NCBI GenBank assembly: GCA_007117835.1
Contig: SKFU01000017.1
Coordinates: forward strand, 14,122-38,121
Reading direction: 5' to 3'
Source: Candidatus Izemoplasma sp.
GTDB taxonomy: Bacteria; Bacillota_I; Bacilli_A; Izemoplasmatales; Izemoplasmataceae
Length of the DNA: 24,000 bases
Of the stretch, positions 1 to 8,106 are shown piece after piece. The translations under genes and the position numbers were made by a program. Under the pieces are notes generated by a model that searched no databases, was not told the DNA's origin, and worked only from the letters and a program-made list of their open reading frames with translations. The stretch's first letter is position 1; every line of letters starts with the position of its first letter.

Positions 1-99
1 TTTAAATGGATCAAGTCCCCTTAATGCACACTCTACTGAGGCATAAAAACTTTTCAAATCAATGCACAAAACATGACGATAAATCTTATACTGATCCAT
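1..99 (-). CDS. Y-family (translesion) DNA polymerase; only the N-terminal 33 codons, gene continues past the left edge
   Basis: Absent from the ORF track because it is open at the window edge. Minus-strand ATG at 99..97 follows AAGGAGG (complement of 108..114). Translation is MDQYKIYRHVLCIDLKSFYASVECALRGLDPFK. The segment LCIDLKSFYASVE matches the N-terminal catalytic-Asp motif of UmuC/PolY2 (YqjW)-type polymerases. Confidence 0.65.
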   Translation of the reverse strand, partial: MDQYKIYRHVLCIDLKSFYASVECALRGLDPFK

Positions 100-122
100 T
101 TTTTTTGCCTCCTTACTTATTA

Positions 123-131
123 AGTATAGCA
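123..131 (-). promoter_or_regulatory. Candidate extended -10 promoter (TGCTATACT) for the Y-family polymerase gene
   Basis: The complement of 123..131 reads TGCTATACT, 23 nt upstream of the ATG. Only a weak -35 (TTGTTT, 16-nt spacer) is present. Confidence 0.3.
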
Positions 132-180
132 CGTAAAAAAAGTCAAACAACGCTTGACAAATGATACGGTTTTATAAAAC

Positions 181-219
181 AAAAGAGCCATCACTATAAA
201 CGGGCTCTTTTGTTTTTTT
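181..219 (-). terminator. Rho-independent terminator ending the rluD gene string; looks bidirectional
   Basis: A 9-bp stem AAAAGAGCC (181..189) / GGCTCTTTT (203..211) encloses a 13-nt loop. T-rich runs follow the hairpin on both strands (TTTTGTTTTTTT on plus, TTTTGTTTTAT on minus). It is the first hairpin downstream of the rluD stop at 333. Confidence 0.6.
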
Positions 220-332
220 ACTATTTTTTGACCACTTCAATGGCTTCGGTTTAAAACTGTAGCTTTGCTTTAATAATTGGTGCTGACTTCTAAAAAATTG
301 AATTATTCCTAGAAACTCAAACATTGCATTGG

Positions 333-1244
333 TCAATATTCGGTTTTCAGTTGCTTTATTTTCGCTTCAAAATAGTCTGGGATTGGGGCTTCAAATGTCA
401 TGGATTTTTGTGTCGTTGGATGGTCAAAAGTTAGGGTTTTTGCATGTAGGTATTGACCATATTCAGTACTGGTTTTTCGGAATCCATATTTAGGATCCCC
501 AACAATCGGATGCTGAATGTATTGCAAATGCACACGGATTTGATGGGTTCTTCCCGTCTCTAGTCGGCAGTGTATCAGCGTATTGTCTGGATATCTTTCA
601 AGTACCTCGAAATACGTAATACTGTCGCGTCCTTTTTCGGTCACCGTCATGTTTTTACGTTGCTTATCATGGCGGCCAATAGGCGCATCAATTTTGCCTT
701 TATTATGTGCAATGACACCTTCAACAAGTGCAATATACTCGCGACTGATTTCATGTTTTTTCAGTGCTTTTTGAAGTGCCAATAATGTGGTTTTATTTTT
801 GGCAACAACCAACAGACCACTGGTGTCTTTATCAATTCGGTGAACAATGCCGGGTCTAAGTGTGCCATTGATTGCTTGTAAATCCTGAATATAGTAAAGT
901 AGTCCGTGAACAAGCGTCGGTTCTTTTGTGGTTTCAGTCGGATGAACAATGAGTCCTGTCGGCTTATTGATTACCAACAAATCAGTATCTTCATACACCA
1001 CATCTAAATTCATCTTAACCGGTGTCAGTTCAAGTGGCTTAACCTCAGGAAATTGAATCGAGACCGTGTCGTTCAGTTTTACTTTGTAACTGGGTTTTTG
1101 AACGGTTTGATTGACCGTAATATAACCTTCATCAATCAACGTTTTTATGCGGGTTCGTGTGAGTGTTGTGATTTTATCGGTAATCACTTTATCAAGTCGG
1201 TTCAACGCCGCTTCTTCGGTTACCTTAAATTGTTGGTTATCCAC
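333..1244 (-). CDS. rluD: 23S rRNA pseudouridine synthase, RluA family (RluD type) with N-terminal S4 domain
   Basis: Motifs seen are HRIDKDTSGLLVVAK (the catalytic Asp motif) and RTHQIRVHL. The ATG at 1301 in the ORF track would overlap lspA by 65 nt. The GTG at 1244 (GTGGATAA overlapping the lspA TAA stop) follows GGGGTGA at a 5-nt spacing and is the more likely start; a GTG at 1253 is the alternative. Confidence 0.9.
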   Translation of the reverse strand: MDNQQFKVTEEAALNRLDKVITDKITTLTRTRIKTLIDEGYITVNQTVQKPSYKVKLNDTVSIQFPEVKPLELTPVKMNLDVVYEDTDLLVINKPTGLIVHPTETTKEPTLVHGLLYYIQDLQAINGTLRPGIVHRIDKDTSGLLVVAKNKTTLLALQKALKKHEISREYIALVEGVIAHNKGKIDAPIGRHDKQRKNMTVTEKGRDSITYFEVLERYPDNTLIHCRLETGRTHQIRVHLQYIQHPIVGDPKYGFRKTSTEYGQYLHAKTLTFDHPTTQKSMTFEAPIPDYFEAKIKQLKTEY

Positions 1245-1722
1245 GCACTTCACCCCGTTTAAAATCAAAAATGAGTAAGTCAATACCCAGTAAAACGACA
1301 CCCACGGTTAAACACATATCCGCAATATTGAAAATTGGGAAATCGTATGTGACGATGTACACATCAATAAAATCGATCACATAACGGTATAAAATCCGAT
1401 CGATAAAATTACCAATCGTGCCAGCAATTAACAGTGTAACGCCGATAGAATAAAATTTCTTATGCCGATAATTTATGTCCTTAGCCAAGTAAATAAACAT
1501 CGCCATTGCCAACAATGTGACCACCACAAAAAAGCCAAATCGTCCTTCTAAAATGCCCCAAGCAGCACCTGGGTTATGGTGATATGTTAAATATAAAAAC
1601 CCATCGATTACAGGGATTTTTTGACCGTACAAAATTGTTTCAGATACCCAATATTTTGTCAGTTGATCGAGTGCGATAAGCACCGATACTGCAATTGATA
1701 AAACCAGCCATTTTCGTGTCAT
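1237..1722 (-). CDS. lspA: Lipoprotein signal peptidase (signal peptidase II)
   Basis: 161 aa, polytopic, with motifs NPGAAWG and FNIADMCLTVG. The lspA-rluD pairing matches Bacillus. An AAGGAG-like RBS lies upstream. Confidence 0.9.
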   Translation of the reverse strand: MTRKWLVLSIAVSVLIALDQLTKYWVSETILYGQKIPVIDGFLYLTYHHNPGAAWGILEGRFGFFVVVTLLAMAMFIYLAKDINYRHKKFYSIGVTLLIAGTIGNFIDRILYRYVIDFIDVYIVTYDFPIFNIADMCLTVGVVLLGIDLLIFDFKRGEVRG

Positions 1723-1734
1723 TTTGAATGCTCC

Positions 1735-2103
1735 TTAAATCAGTGTAGGGGTGATGGTATGAATTAAAATCATGCCGACGATAAAAGCCAAAACGAAGCC
1801 CAATATCCCCTCTGCAAGCATGAGTAGTCGGATGTTTGGTGCCGGGGTTTTTAAATAGGTTTGAATGGCTTGATATGAGAAAAATGCCCACAGAAAAAAG
1901 CCGATTGATAAGATTAGATTGAGACCGTAAAGAATGACGTATAAATAGCGTATGTAAATTAGTAAAAGATTGATTGCGGCCGCAATAAACGGTAAAACAA
2001 TGATGATTGCAATGACTAGCCCTGTGAAGACACTCAATACGATTTTATGCCAGCGTACCTCTGCCAAAATGTGTTGGATCGTCGTGATTAATTTAGTTTT
2101 CAT
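1735..2103 (-). CDS. Small polytopic membrane protein (3-4 TM), unknown function
   Basis: A hydrophobic ORF. The start is probably the ATG at 2103 (MKTKLITT), which overlaps the stop of the upstream protease gene (ATGAAAACTAA). I recognise no family motif. Confidence 0.55.
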   Translation of the reverse strand: MKTKLITTIQHILAEVRWHKIVLSVFTGLVIAIIIVLPFIAAAINLLLIYIRYLYVILYGLNLILSIGFFLWAFFSYQAIQTYLKTPAPNIRLLMLAEGILGFVLAFIVGMILIHTITPTLI

Positions 2104-3100
2104 CTGACACCGCCCCATGCAAATTTAGTAAGTAGTTAAGCGCTTCTAAAAAAGTGCCTACCTCAACCAATGTCATCGTTGGATTATCAAGTTTATCGTA
2201 CGCTTCTTGCGCATGCAGTGCATTAAATCCAGAGGGAACAAAAAATATGTCAACACCGTCCATATGGGCAGTATACACTTTTTGACGTACACCACCGATA
2301 GAACCAACAGTACCATTAATACGCATTGTCCCAGTACCCGCGATGGTATACCCTTGCGTTAAATCATATGGACTTAACGCATTAAACACATACAGTGTTT
2401 GCATTAATCCACCACTACCACCACCGACAAGATTGCTGCGCACCTCATAAGGTATTTCAATCTCTGTGATGTTGTAGTATGTGGTTAATGCAATGCCAAA
2501 AAGACAACCTTCTGATGCCTGTTTTGTGATTTCTGTGGTAAATATTTCACCCTCACGAAGAAGTTTAAATACAGCGACTTCACCACAAGGTGCTTGATTA
2601 ATTGCGGTGGTGACATTCTCGTTATCATTTACCGATAAAAGAATATCACCGATATTGATTACGTCGTTATCTATGTAATTATAAATTAAGTACACAATCT
2701 CTTGAATTTCGTATTCTATGGTCAATCCAAGCGCTTGATAAGATGCAATAATTGACGCATCAATCGCTGAATTGCGACTGACTTGTCCACTGCGCCAGTT
2801 TACAATAGTCGATATGTTTTGTCGTGATTCTGGCAGTGCTTCTATTTGCGCATACGGATCAAAATACGTCGCGATGAACTGAAAAAAAGTCGGTTTTTCG
2901 ATACTCATCACGTACACCGAATAAAACGAATTTTCTTGTTCAAACGTTTCCTCGAAAATAATGAACTGATCAATCGCTTCTAAGCCACCTGGCATAGTTA
3001 TGCGATAATCAATGCGATATGTCATTAAAAACATCATCAATGCATAGGGAATAATCAGTCCGATAATGACAATTTTATAACGCTTTATTAAACTAAGCAT
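2093..3100 (-). CDS. YlbL/SepM-type membrane-anchored PDZ + Lon-like (S16) serine protease
   Basis: It has an N-terminal TM segment and a PDZ-like stretch (INIGDILLSVND). The C-terminal GGGSGGLMQTLYVFNAL...TIAGTGTMRINGTVGSIGGVRQKVYTAHMDGVDIFFVP aligns with GPSAGLM...IAGTGTI...IGGI.QK...ADIFF.P of YlbL. The Ser and Lys of the catalytic dyad are retained. Confidence 0.8.
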   Translation of the reverse strand: MLSLIKRYKIVIIGLIIPYALMMFLMTYRIDYRITMPGGLEAIDQFIIFEETFEQENSFYSVYVMSIEKPTFFQFIATYFDPYAQIEALPESRQNISTIVNWRSGQVSRNSAIDASIIASYQALGLTIEYEIQEIVYLIYNYIDNDVINIGDILLSVNDNENVTTAINQAPCGEVAVFKLLREGEIFTTEITKQASEGCLFGIALTTYYNITEIEIPYEVRSNLVGGGSGGLMQTLYVFNALSPYDLTQGYTIAGTGTMRINGTVGSIGGVRQKVYTAHMDGVDIFFVPSGFNALHAQEAYDKLDNPTMTLVEVGTFLEALNYLLNLHGAVSDEN

Positions 3101-3566
3101 GTTTGAGTGTCACCTCAATGACGGGCATTTGACGTAAATGAACCTTGGCATCTTTTAACATTCGAATACTGGCTTGGACACTGGCTTCATCTTGGTATTT
3201 ATTTTCACCATATACAATCTCTTTAATGCCACTTTGAATGATGAGTTTTGCACATTCATGACAAGGAAACAACGTGACATAAAGGGTTGCGTTATCCAAA
3301 CTAACCGTGCTGTTTAAAATAGCATTTGGCTCAGCATGTACCACGTAGGGGTATTTGGTGTTTAAAAAATCGCCGTCATTTTCCCAAGGATAAAGATCAT
3401 CATCCAAACCAATTGGAAAGCCGTTATAACCGATACCGACAATGCGTTTTTTGTCATTAACAATGCATGCACCTACTTGGGTATTGGGATCTTTACTACG
3501 CATGGAAGATAACTTGGCAACCCCCATAAAATAGTCATCCCATTGAATATAATCGTTGCGTTTCAT
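3093..3566 (-). CDS. comEB: dCMP (deoxycytidylate) deaminase, ComEB family
   Basis: Zinc-binding cytidine-deaminase motifs VHAEPNAI and PCHECAKLI in a 157-aa protein. Confidence 0.9.
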   Translation of the reverse strand: MKRNDYIQWDDYFMGVAKLSSMRSKDPNTQVGACIVNDKKRIVGIGYNGFPIGLDDDLYPWENDGDFLNTKYPYVVHAEPNAILNSTVSLDNATLYVTLFPCHECAKLIIQSGIKEIVYGENKYQDEASVQASIRMLKDAKVHLRQMPVIEVTLKHA

Positions 3567-3570
3567 TAAA

Positions 3571-4062
3571 TCACCTCTGAACTTTATTAATCCGGTCTAA
3601 ATTGATGTGGCAGTATCCATTTGGGTTTTTATCTAAATAATCTTGGTGATAGGCTTCTGCTGGATAAAAGACTTGGTCTTGTTTCCAAGTAAGAAAAAAC
3701 TTTTTCTTACGCGCGGTTTCAGCGCCATCAACCAACTGTTTTAACACCGGTAAATCATCGTCATCAACATTGTAAAATCCACTACGGTATTGAACACCCA
3801 CATCCGGTCCTTGTCGGTTAAAATAAGTCGGGTCTACAATGTTTAAGTAATGTTTTAGCAACACCGCAATTGAAAGCACTTGCGGGTTGTATTCAATTAA
3901 AACTGCCTCAGCGTGGCCACTGCCTGAACAGACATCATCATACGTCGGATTCTCACCGGCGCCGTCAACATAACCAACCACTGTGTTAATCACACCATTA
4001 ACTTGCTTAAAATATGCCTGCACACCCCAAAAACAGCCGCCTGCAATGACAATGCTTTTCAT
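3571..4062 (-). CDS. msrA: Peptide-methionine (S)-S-oxide reductase
   Basis: N-terminal GGCFWG active-site motif and YHQDYL near the C-terminus; 163 aa. Confidence 0.92.
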   Translation of the reverse strand: MKSIVIAGGCFWGVQAYFKQVNGVINTVVGYVDGAGENPTYDDVCSGSGHAEAVLIEYNPQVLSIAVLLKHYLNIVDPTYFNRQGPDVGVQYRSGFYNVDDDDLPVLKQLVDGAETARKKKFFLTWKQDQVFYPAEAYHQDYLDKNPNGYCHINLDRINKVQR

Positions 4063-4754
4063 GCTTTAATCACCTCAATAAGTCGTTGAACAACGTAGCT
4101 TGCGGCTAATAAACCGGCCGATGAAGGGACAAAAGCACTCGAACAAACAAACGGCGTGTCACGCGGAATATCAAGTGCATTCGTTTCAGAAATCACGACG
4201 GGAATTTTGCCGGTTAAATGGCGTTTTCTAAGACCTAAGCGTACCGCTCTTGCGAGTCGGTCATACGTGGTTTTTTGAAGTTCTTTAATGGTGAGTTGTG
4301 ACGGATCTAATCGGTTGCCTTGTCCCATGACAGATATGATTGGTGTTTGGCTTTTTAGTGCCATGGCAATCAAGTCGATTTTATCCTTGACTTGATCAAT
4401 CGCATCCACGATAAAATCAAAGGGTTCTTGGGCAAATATATCACTGGTTTCAGCGGTAAAACGAATGGCATGTGTTGTGACTTTGCATGCTGGATTAATG
4501 TCTAAAATACGGTGTTTTAAAACATCAACTTTACGCTGATTTAAGGTTGAATGCAAAGCCATCAATTGGCGGTTGATATTGGTTATTTCGATGCGGTCAT
4601 CATCGATAATAGTCAAAGCGCCGATGCCACTTCTAGCCAAGGCTTCTATCGCAAAAGACCCAACACCACCACAACCGACCACTAAGACGTGGCATTGGTT
4701 TAGTCGATTTAAGTTTTGTGCACCAATCAAGGGTTCAAAACGTGTAAATATCAT
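4059..4754 (-). CDS. tcdA: tRNA threonylcarbamoyladenosine dehydratase (ThiF/MoeB-fold E1-like, TcdA/CsdL type)
   Basis: Rossmann motif VVGCGGVGS plus D....NINRQ, with length and layout typical of TcdA. It overlaps msrA by 4 nt. Confidence 0.8.
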   Translation of the reverse strand: MIFTRFEPLIGAQNLNRLNQCHVLVVGCGGVGSFAIEALARSGIGALTIIDDDRIEITNINRQLMALHSTLNQRKVDVLKHRILDINPACKVTTHAIRFTAETSDIFAQEPFDFIVDAIDQVKDKIDLIAMALKSQTPIISVMGQGNRLDPSQLTIKELQKTTYDRLARAVRLGLRKRHLTGKIPVVISETNALDIPRDTPFVCSSAFVPSSAGLLAASYVVQRLIEVIKA

Positions 4755-4758
4755 GGTA

Positions 4759-5187
4759 TCAGTCCTTTGACCCTAAGAATAACGGCACATGGAAAACAAG
4801 CATACCGATTTTTGTTAAACCATAATAACCTGCGGTCACTAAGGGAATCATGATGATGAAAAAGTAGTCAGTCAATTGCCAAAATGTGTTTAACATCACA
4901 AAAATGCCTACAATCGCAAGCCATGTGGTTAAAAACACCGTAGCGTACTCTTTGCGATAAGTAATTTCAATCACTTTAACCCAAGATTTACGGTACAACA
5001 ACAATAGGGTTGTACTAAAAATAATAACGCTGCCCGTCCCAATCAAAGCAATCCATAATAGTGATAACGGTGGCACTTGTACCACCGCTTCAAATAAATA
5101 GCTAAAAGTAAAAATAAGTGGTGTGGTAAAAAAACATAAAACGAGTAAAACAGCGAAGCGTGCATGCCAAAGCGTAATTATTTTCAT
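4759..5187 (-). CDS. Small 4-TM membrane protein, unknown function
   Basis: A 142-aa, strongly hydrophobic ORF. Its start overlaps the stop of the upstream AI-2E permease gene by 4 nt. I recognise no family motif. Confidence 0.5.
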   Translation of the reverse strand: MKIITLWHARFAVLLVLCFFTTPLIFTFSYLFEAVVQVPPLSLLWIALIGTGSVIIFSTTLLLLYRKSWVKVIEITYRKEYATVFLTTWLAIVGIFVMLNTFWQLTDYFFIIMIPLVTAGYYGLTKIGMLVFHVPLFLGSKD

Positions 5188-6323
5188 GAGGCCTCAACAT
5201 CTTCTTTGAATAATTGCATGCGTGCTTTGGCATCGTCACGTTGCTCAATAAAAAACTCTAACAACACACGTGCGGTAGCCGCAAGTGGTGCAGCAAAAAT
5301 GATACCAATCAAGCCAAATAAACTACCAAAGAATAAAATCGACACGATAATTACAATCGGATGAATACGAATTTGGCGGCCCATAATTATCGGTTGGAAA
5401 ATATTGCCTTCAATAAACTGTAAGACAAAATGAATGCCGATAATAAACAGTGGGTTTGGCCCCACATCTTTGGTGATGTAAGCATAGGCTAAAATCGGAA
5501 TCATTGAAATAATAATACCAAAATAAGGAATCACCGTTAAAAAGCCCACGAGAATACCAAAGAGATAGTAATATTCAAGACCAATCACGCGATAAACGAC
5601 CGTAGCAACAGTCCCAATCGATATCATCAATACCAATTGCCCACGGACATAAGCACCAACCGTGGTGTTTAAACGCTTAAAAACATTAACGAGTTTGCCT
5701 TTTTGGTTGGTGGGAATAAGATTTTGTAAAATTTCGTTGAATCGTTCGTAGTCAAGTAAATAAAAGAGCAATAATATCGGTAATATGGCAAATACGATAA
5801 TCACGCCAACAAGGGTAGTGGGTAACAGTAATGCAAGATTAGCAAACAGATTTTCAATTGAACGCTCAATCACGGTACTCGATCCGACAGCACCCATAAA
5901 CAAGTCATAAACCTCAACACCGAAAATGAACTCATCACGGATTGTATTGCTAAAGTATGTCATAATGTTCGGATAATCCACAGCGAAAAAATACTCAATT
6001 TGAGCAACCACTGGTGGCATTAAAAACAAAGCAATCAATGCGATGAATCCAAATATAATAAGATAAATCACCAAAACAGTGAGCGCCCGCGGTCTGATGC
6101 CCTGTTTTTCAAAGAAACGCACCACGGGATACAAAATTAGCGAAAGCAGCCACGCAAGCGCTACAGGTACTAACGCAGTACGAATGGCCCCAAAAACAAT
6201 GGCAAAAAAATTCGAAAAAAGTGTCAATATGTAAAATAAAACAAGCAACAAAATAACAAAACTAAGAATTTTCAATGCCCGATTGAGTACTTTATCGGTA
6301 AAAAATGATTTTTGTGGTTTCAT
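5184..6323 (-). CDS. AI-2E family transporter (PerM/UPF0118-type permease)
   Basis: 379 aa with about 8 TM segments. The C-terminal half (IPYFG....IP, FLQFIEGNIFQP.IMG, HP..IIVS..FFG..FG..G...A.PL) is typical of this family. Confidence 0.8.
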   Translation of the reverse strand: MKPQKSFFTDKVLNRALKILSFVILLLVLFYILTLFSNFFAIVFGAIRTALVPVALAWLLSLILYPVVRFFEKQGIRPRALTVLVIYLIIFGFIALIALFLMPPVVAQIEYFFAVDYPNIMTYFSNTIRDEFIFGVEVYDLFMGAVGSSTVIERSIENLFANLALLLPTTLVGVIIVFAILPILLLFYLLDYERFNEILQNLIPTNQKGKLVNVFKRLNTTVGAYVRGQLVLMISIGTVATVVYRVIGLEYYYLFGILVGFLTVIPYFGIIISMIPILAYAYITKDVGPNPLFIIGIHFVLQFIEGNIFQPIIMGRQIRIHPIVIIVSILFFGSLFGLIGIIFAAPLAATARVLLEFFIEQRDDAKARMQLFKEDVEAS

Positions 6324-6345
6324 CCATAATCACATCCTTTAACTG

Positions 6346-6354
6346 TTATTATAG
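6346..6354 (-). promoter_or_regulatory. Candidate extended -10 promoter (TGCTATAAT) in the aspS/permease gap
   Basis: The complement of 6346..6354 reads TGCTATAAT, 22 nt upstream of the permease ATG. No convincing -35 is present. No terminator follows aspS, so readthrough is also likely. Confidence 0.3.
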
Positions 6355-6363
6355 CACATTTAT

Positions 6364-8106
6364 TTACGCTTTTTTGATGCCAAGTTCTGTCAATTGACTA
6401 TTGGCGATGGTGCTGGGTGCTTGGGTTAATAAACACTGTGCACTCGATGTTTTCGGGAATGCAATCACATCTCGAATGTTCGTTGTTTGTGCAATCACCA
6501 TCACTAAGCGATCGAGTCCAAAAGCTATCCCGCCATGGGGCGGAGTTCCATAACTTAACGCCTCAAGTAAAAAGCCAAATTTATCCGCTTGTTCTTTTTC
6601 ACTAAGGCTGAGAATATCAAAAACATTTTTTTGCATGGTAGATTCATGAATACGCATTGACCCACCACCGAGTTCTTGTCCTTGTACGACCAAGTCATAC
6701 GCATAGGCAATCGATTGTTCTGGTGCATCGATAAGGCGCGATTTGTGACTGTCTTTTGGACGTGTGAATGGGTGATGCAGCGCGTAATAACGTTTTTCTT
6801 CCTGGTCATATTCGAACATTGGCCAATCCACAACCCAGGTGAAGTCATAAACATTAGGATCAATCAACTGTTCGAGTTGTGCGATGTGTTTTCTTAAATA
6901 GCCAAGACTGCTGCGAACCGTATTAATGTCGCTTGCGACACACAAAATCAAGTCGCCTATTTCGGCATTTGAACGTGCAATCAATTGTGATAACTCGTTT
7001 TCTGATAAGACTTTAACTATTGAGCCCGTTGATGGTGTATTCACTTTGACAAAGCTTAAGCCTTTTGCACCAAACACTTTAATTGATTCGGTCAGTTTAT
7101 CTAAGTCTTTCCTACTGTATCGGCTGGCACCTTCTTTGACTGTAATGGTTTGAATAAAACCGCCTGAGGATAATACATCCGCAAAGACTTTGAATGATGT
7201 TTTTTCAAACACCGCGCTGACATCATTCAAATGCATGTCAAAACGTGTGTCTGGTTTATCAGAACCATAGGTGCACATCGCGTCTTCATATGTTAATCTT
7301 TTAAACGGTTCTTCAATCACTAAACCCTTAACGGTTTTCATGACCGCTTTAATCATTTGTTCACTGAGTTCAAGCACATCTTCTTGCGTGTTAAAACTCA
7401 TTTCGATGTCAATTTGCGTAAATTCAGGTTGTCGGTCGCTTCGTAAATCTTCATCACGAAAGCACTTGGCGATTTGATAATAACGCTCAAACCCTGAAAT
7501 CATTAATAATTGTTTGAATATTTGTGGTGATTGTGGCAACGCATAAAATGACCCTGGATGAATTCTTGAGGGTACCACATAATCGCGTGCGCCTTCAGGG
7601 GTTGATTTTGTTAAAAGTGGTGTTTCAAATTCAATGAACTGTGCCTCGTTTAAAAAATTACGCACGCATTGAGTGATTTGATGACGGGTTTTCATCATTT
7701 GTTGTAAAACGGGTCGTCTCAAATCTAAATAACGGTATTTCAACCGTGTTTCTTCAAGTGCATCTGTATCATCTTGAATTAATAAAGGGGGTTGTTTTGC
7801 ATGATTTAACACCAGTATTCTTTTTACATCAACCTCAATATCACCCGTAGGCATGTTGGGATTTTTACTGCTGCGTTCTGTTACAACACCTTCAACCTCA
7901 AGCACAAATTCATTTTTTATGCCGGTTGTAATACTGCGTATGTCGTTATCTTGATAAAACGCAAGTTGGGTGATACCTTCAGTGTCTCTTAAATCGATAA
8001 ATACCAAATTACCAAGGTCACGTTTTTTAGAAACAAAGCCTTTAAGTATTACAGTTTTCCCGACATCGGCGATGCCCAGTTCAGCGTTATGATGGGTATA
8101 CTTCAT
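6364..8106 (-). CDS. aspS: Aspartate--tRNA ligase
   Basis: 580 aa, bacterial class IIb layout: N-terminal OB fold, then FRDEDLRSDRQPEFTQID (motif 2 region), then GGGSMRIH and GIAFGLDRL (motif 3). The start overlaps the hisS stop (ATGA). Confidence 0.97.
   Translation of the reverse strand: MKYTHHNAELGIADVGKTVILKGFVSKKRDLGNLVFIDLRDTEGITQLAFYQDNDIRSITTGIKNEFVLEVEGVVTERSSKNPNMPTGDIEVDVKRILVLNHAKQPPLLIQDDTDALEETRLKYRYLDLRRPVLQQMMKTRHQITQCVRNFLNEAQFIEFETPLLTKSTPEGARDYVVPSRIHPGSFYALPQSPQIFKQLLMISGFERYYQIAKCFRDEDLRSDRQPEFTQIDIEMSFNTQEDVLELSEQMIKAVMKTVKGLVIEEPFKRLTYEDAMCTYGSDKPDTRFDMHLNDVSAVFEKTSFKVFADVLSSGGFIQTITVKEGASRYSRKDLDKLTESIKVFGAKGLSFVKVNTPSTGSIVKVLSENELSQLIARSNAEIGDLILCVASDINTVRSSLGYLRKHIAQLEQLIDPNVYDFTWVVDWPMFEYDQEEKRYYALHHPFTRPKDSHKSRLIDAPEQSIAYAYDLVVQGQELGGGSMRIHESTMQKNVFDILSLSEKEQADKFGFLLEALSYGTPPHGGIAFGLDRLVMVIAQTTNIRDVIAFPKTSSAQCLLTQAPSTIANSQLTELGIKKA

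Noticed and set aside
142-158. Inverted repeat GTCAA-N7-TTGAC overlapping the putative -35 of the Y-family polymerase gene, considered as an SOS/LexA operator.
   Set aside because: The arms are only 5 bp, so a chance occurrence is likely. It does not resemble the Gram-positive Cheo box (GAAC-N4-GTTC). No support is available without comparative data.
220-332. A ~113-nt non-coding stretch between the rluD stop and its terminator, considered as an sRNA or riboswitch.
   Set aside because: I could find no convincing stem-loops, conserved motif or ORF. It is most simply a 3' UTR.
570-1262. ORF-track entries antisense to, or out of frame within, rluD (570..785+, 583..774+, 761..949-, 1053..1262+).
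   Set aside because: They lie entirely inside a well-supported CDS. They have no RBS and low-complexity or odd composition. This is typical of spurious ORFs in AT-rich DNA.
1640-1891. An 83-aa minus-strand ORF bridging lspA and the small membrane-protein gene.
   Set aside because: It is out of frame with and overlaps two better-supported genes. It has no RBS.
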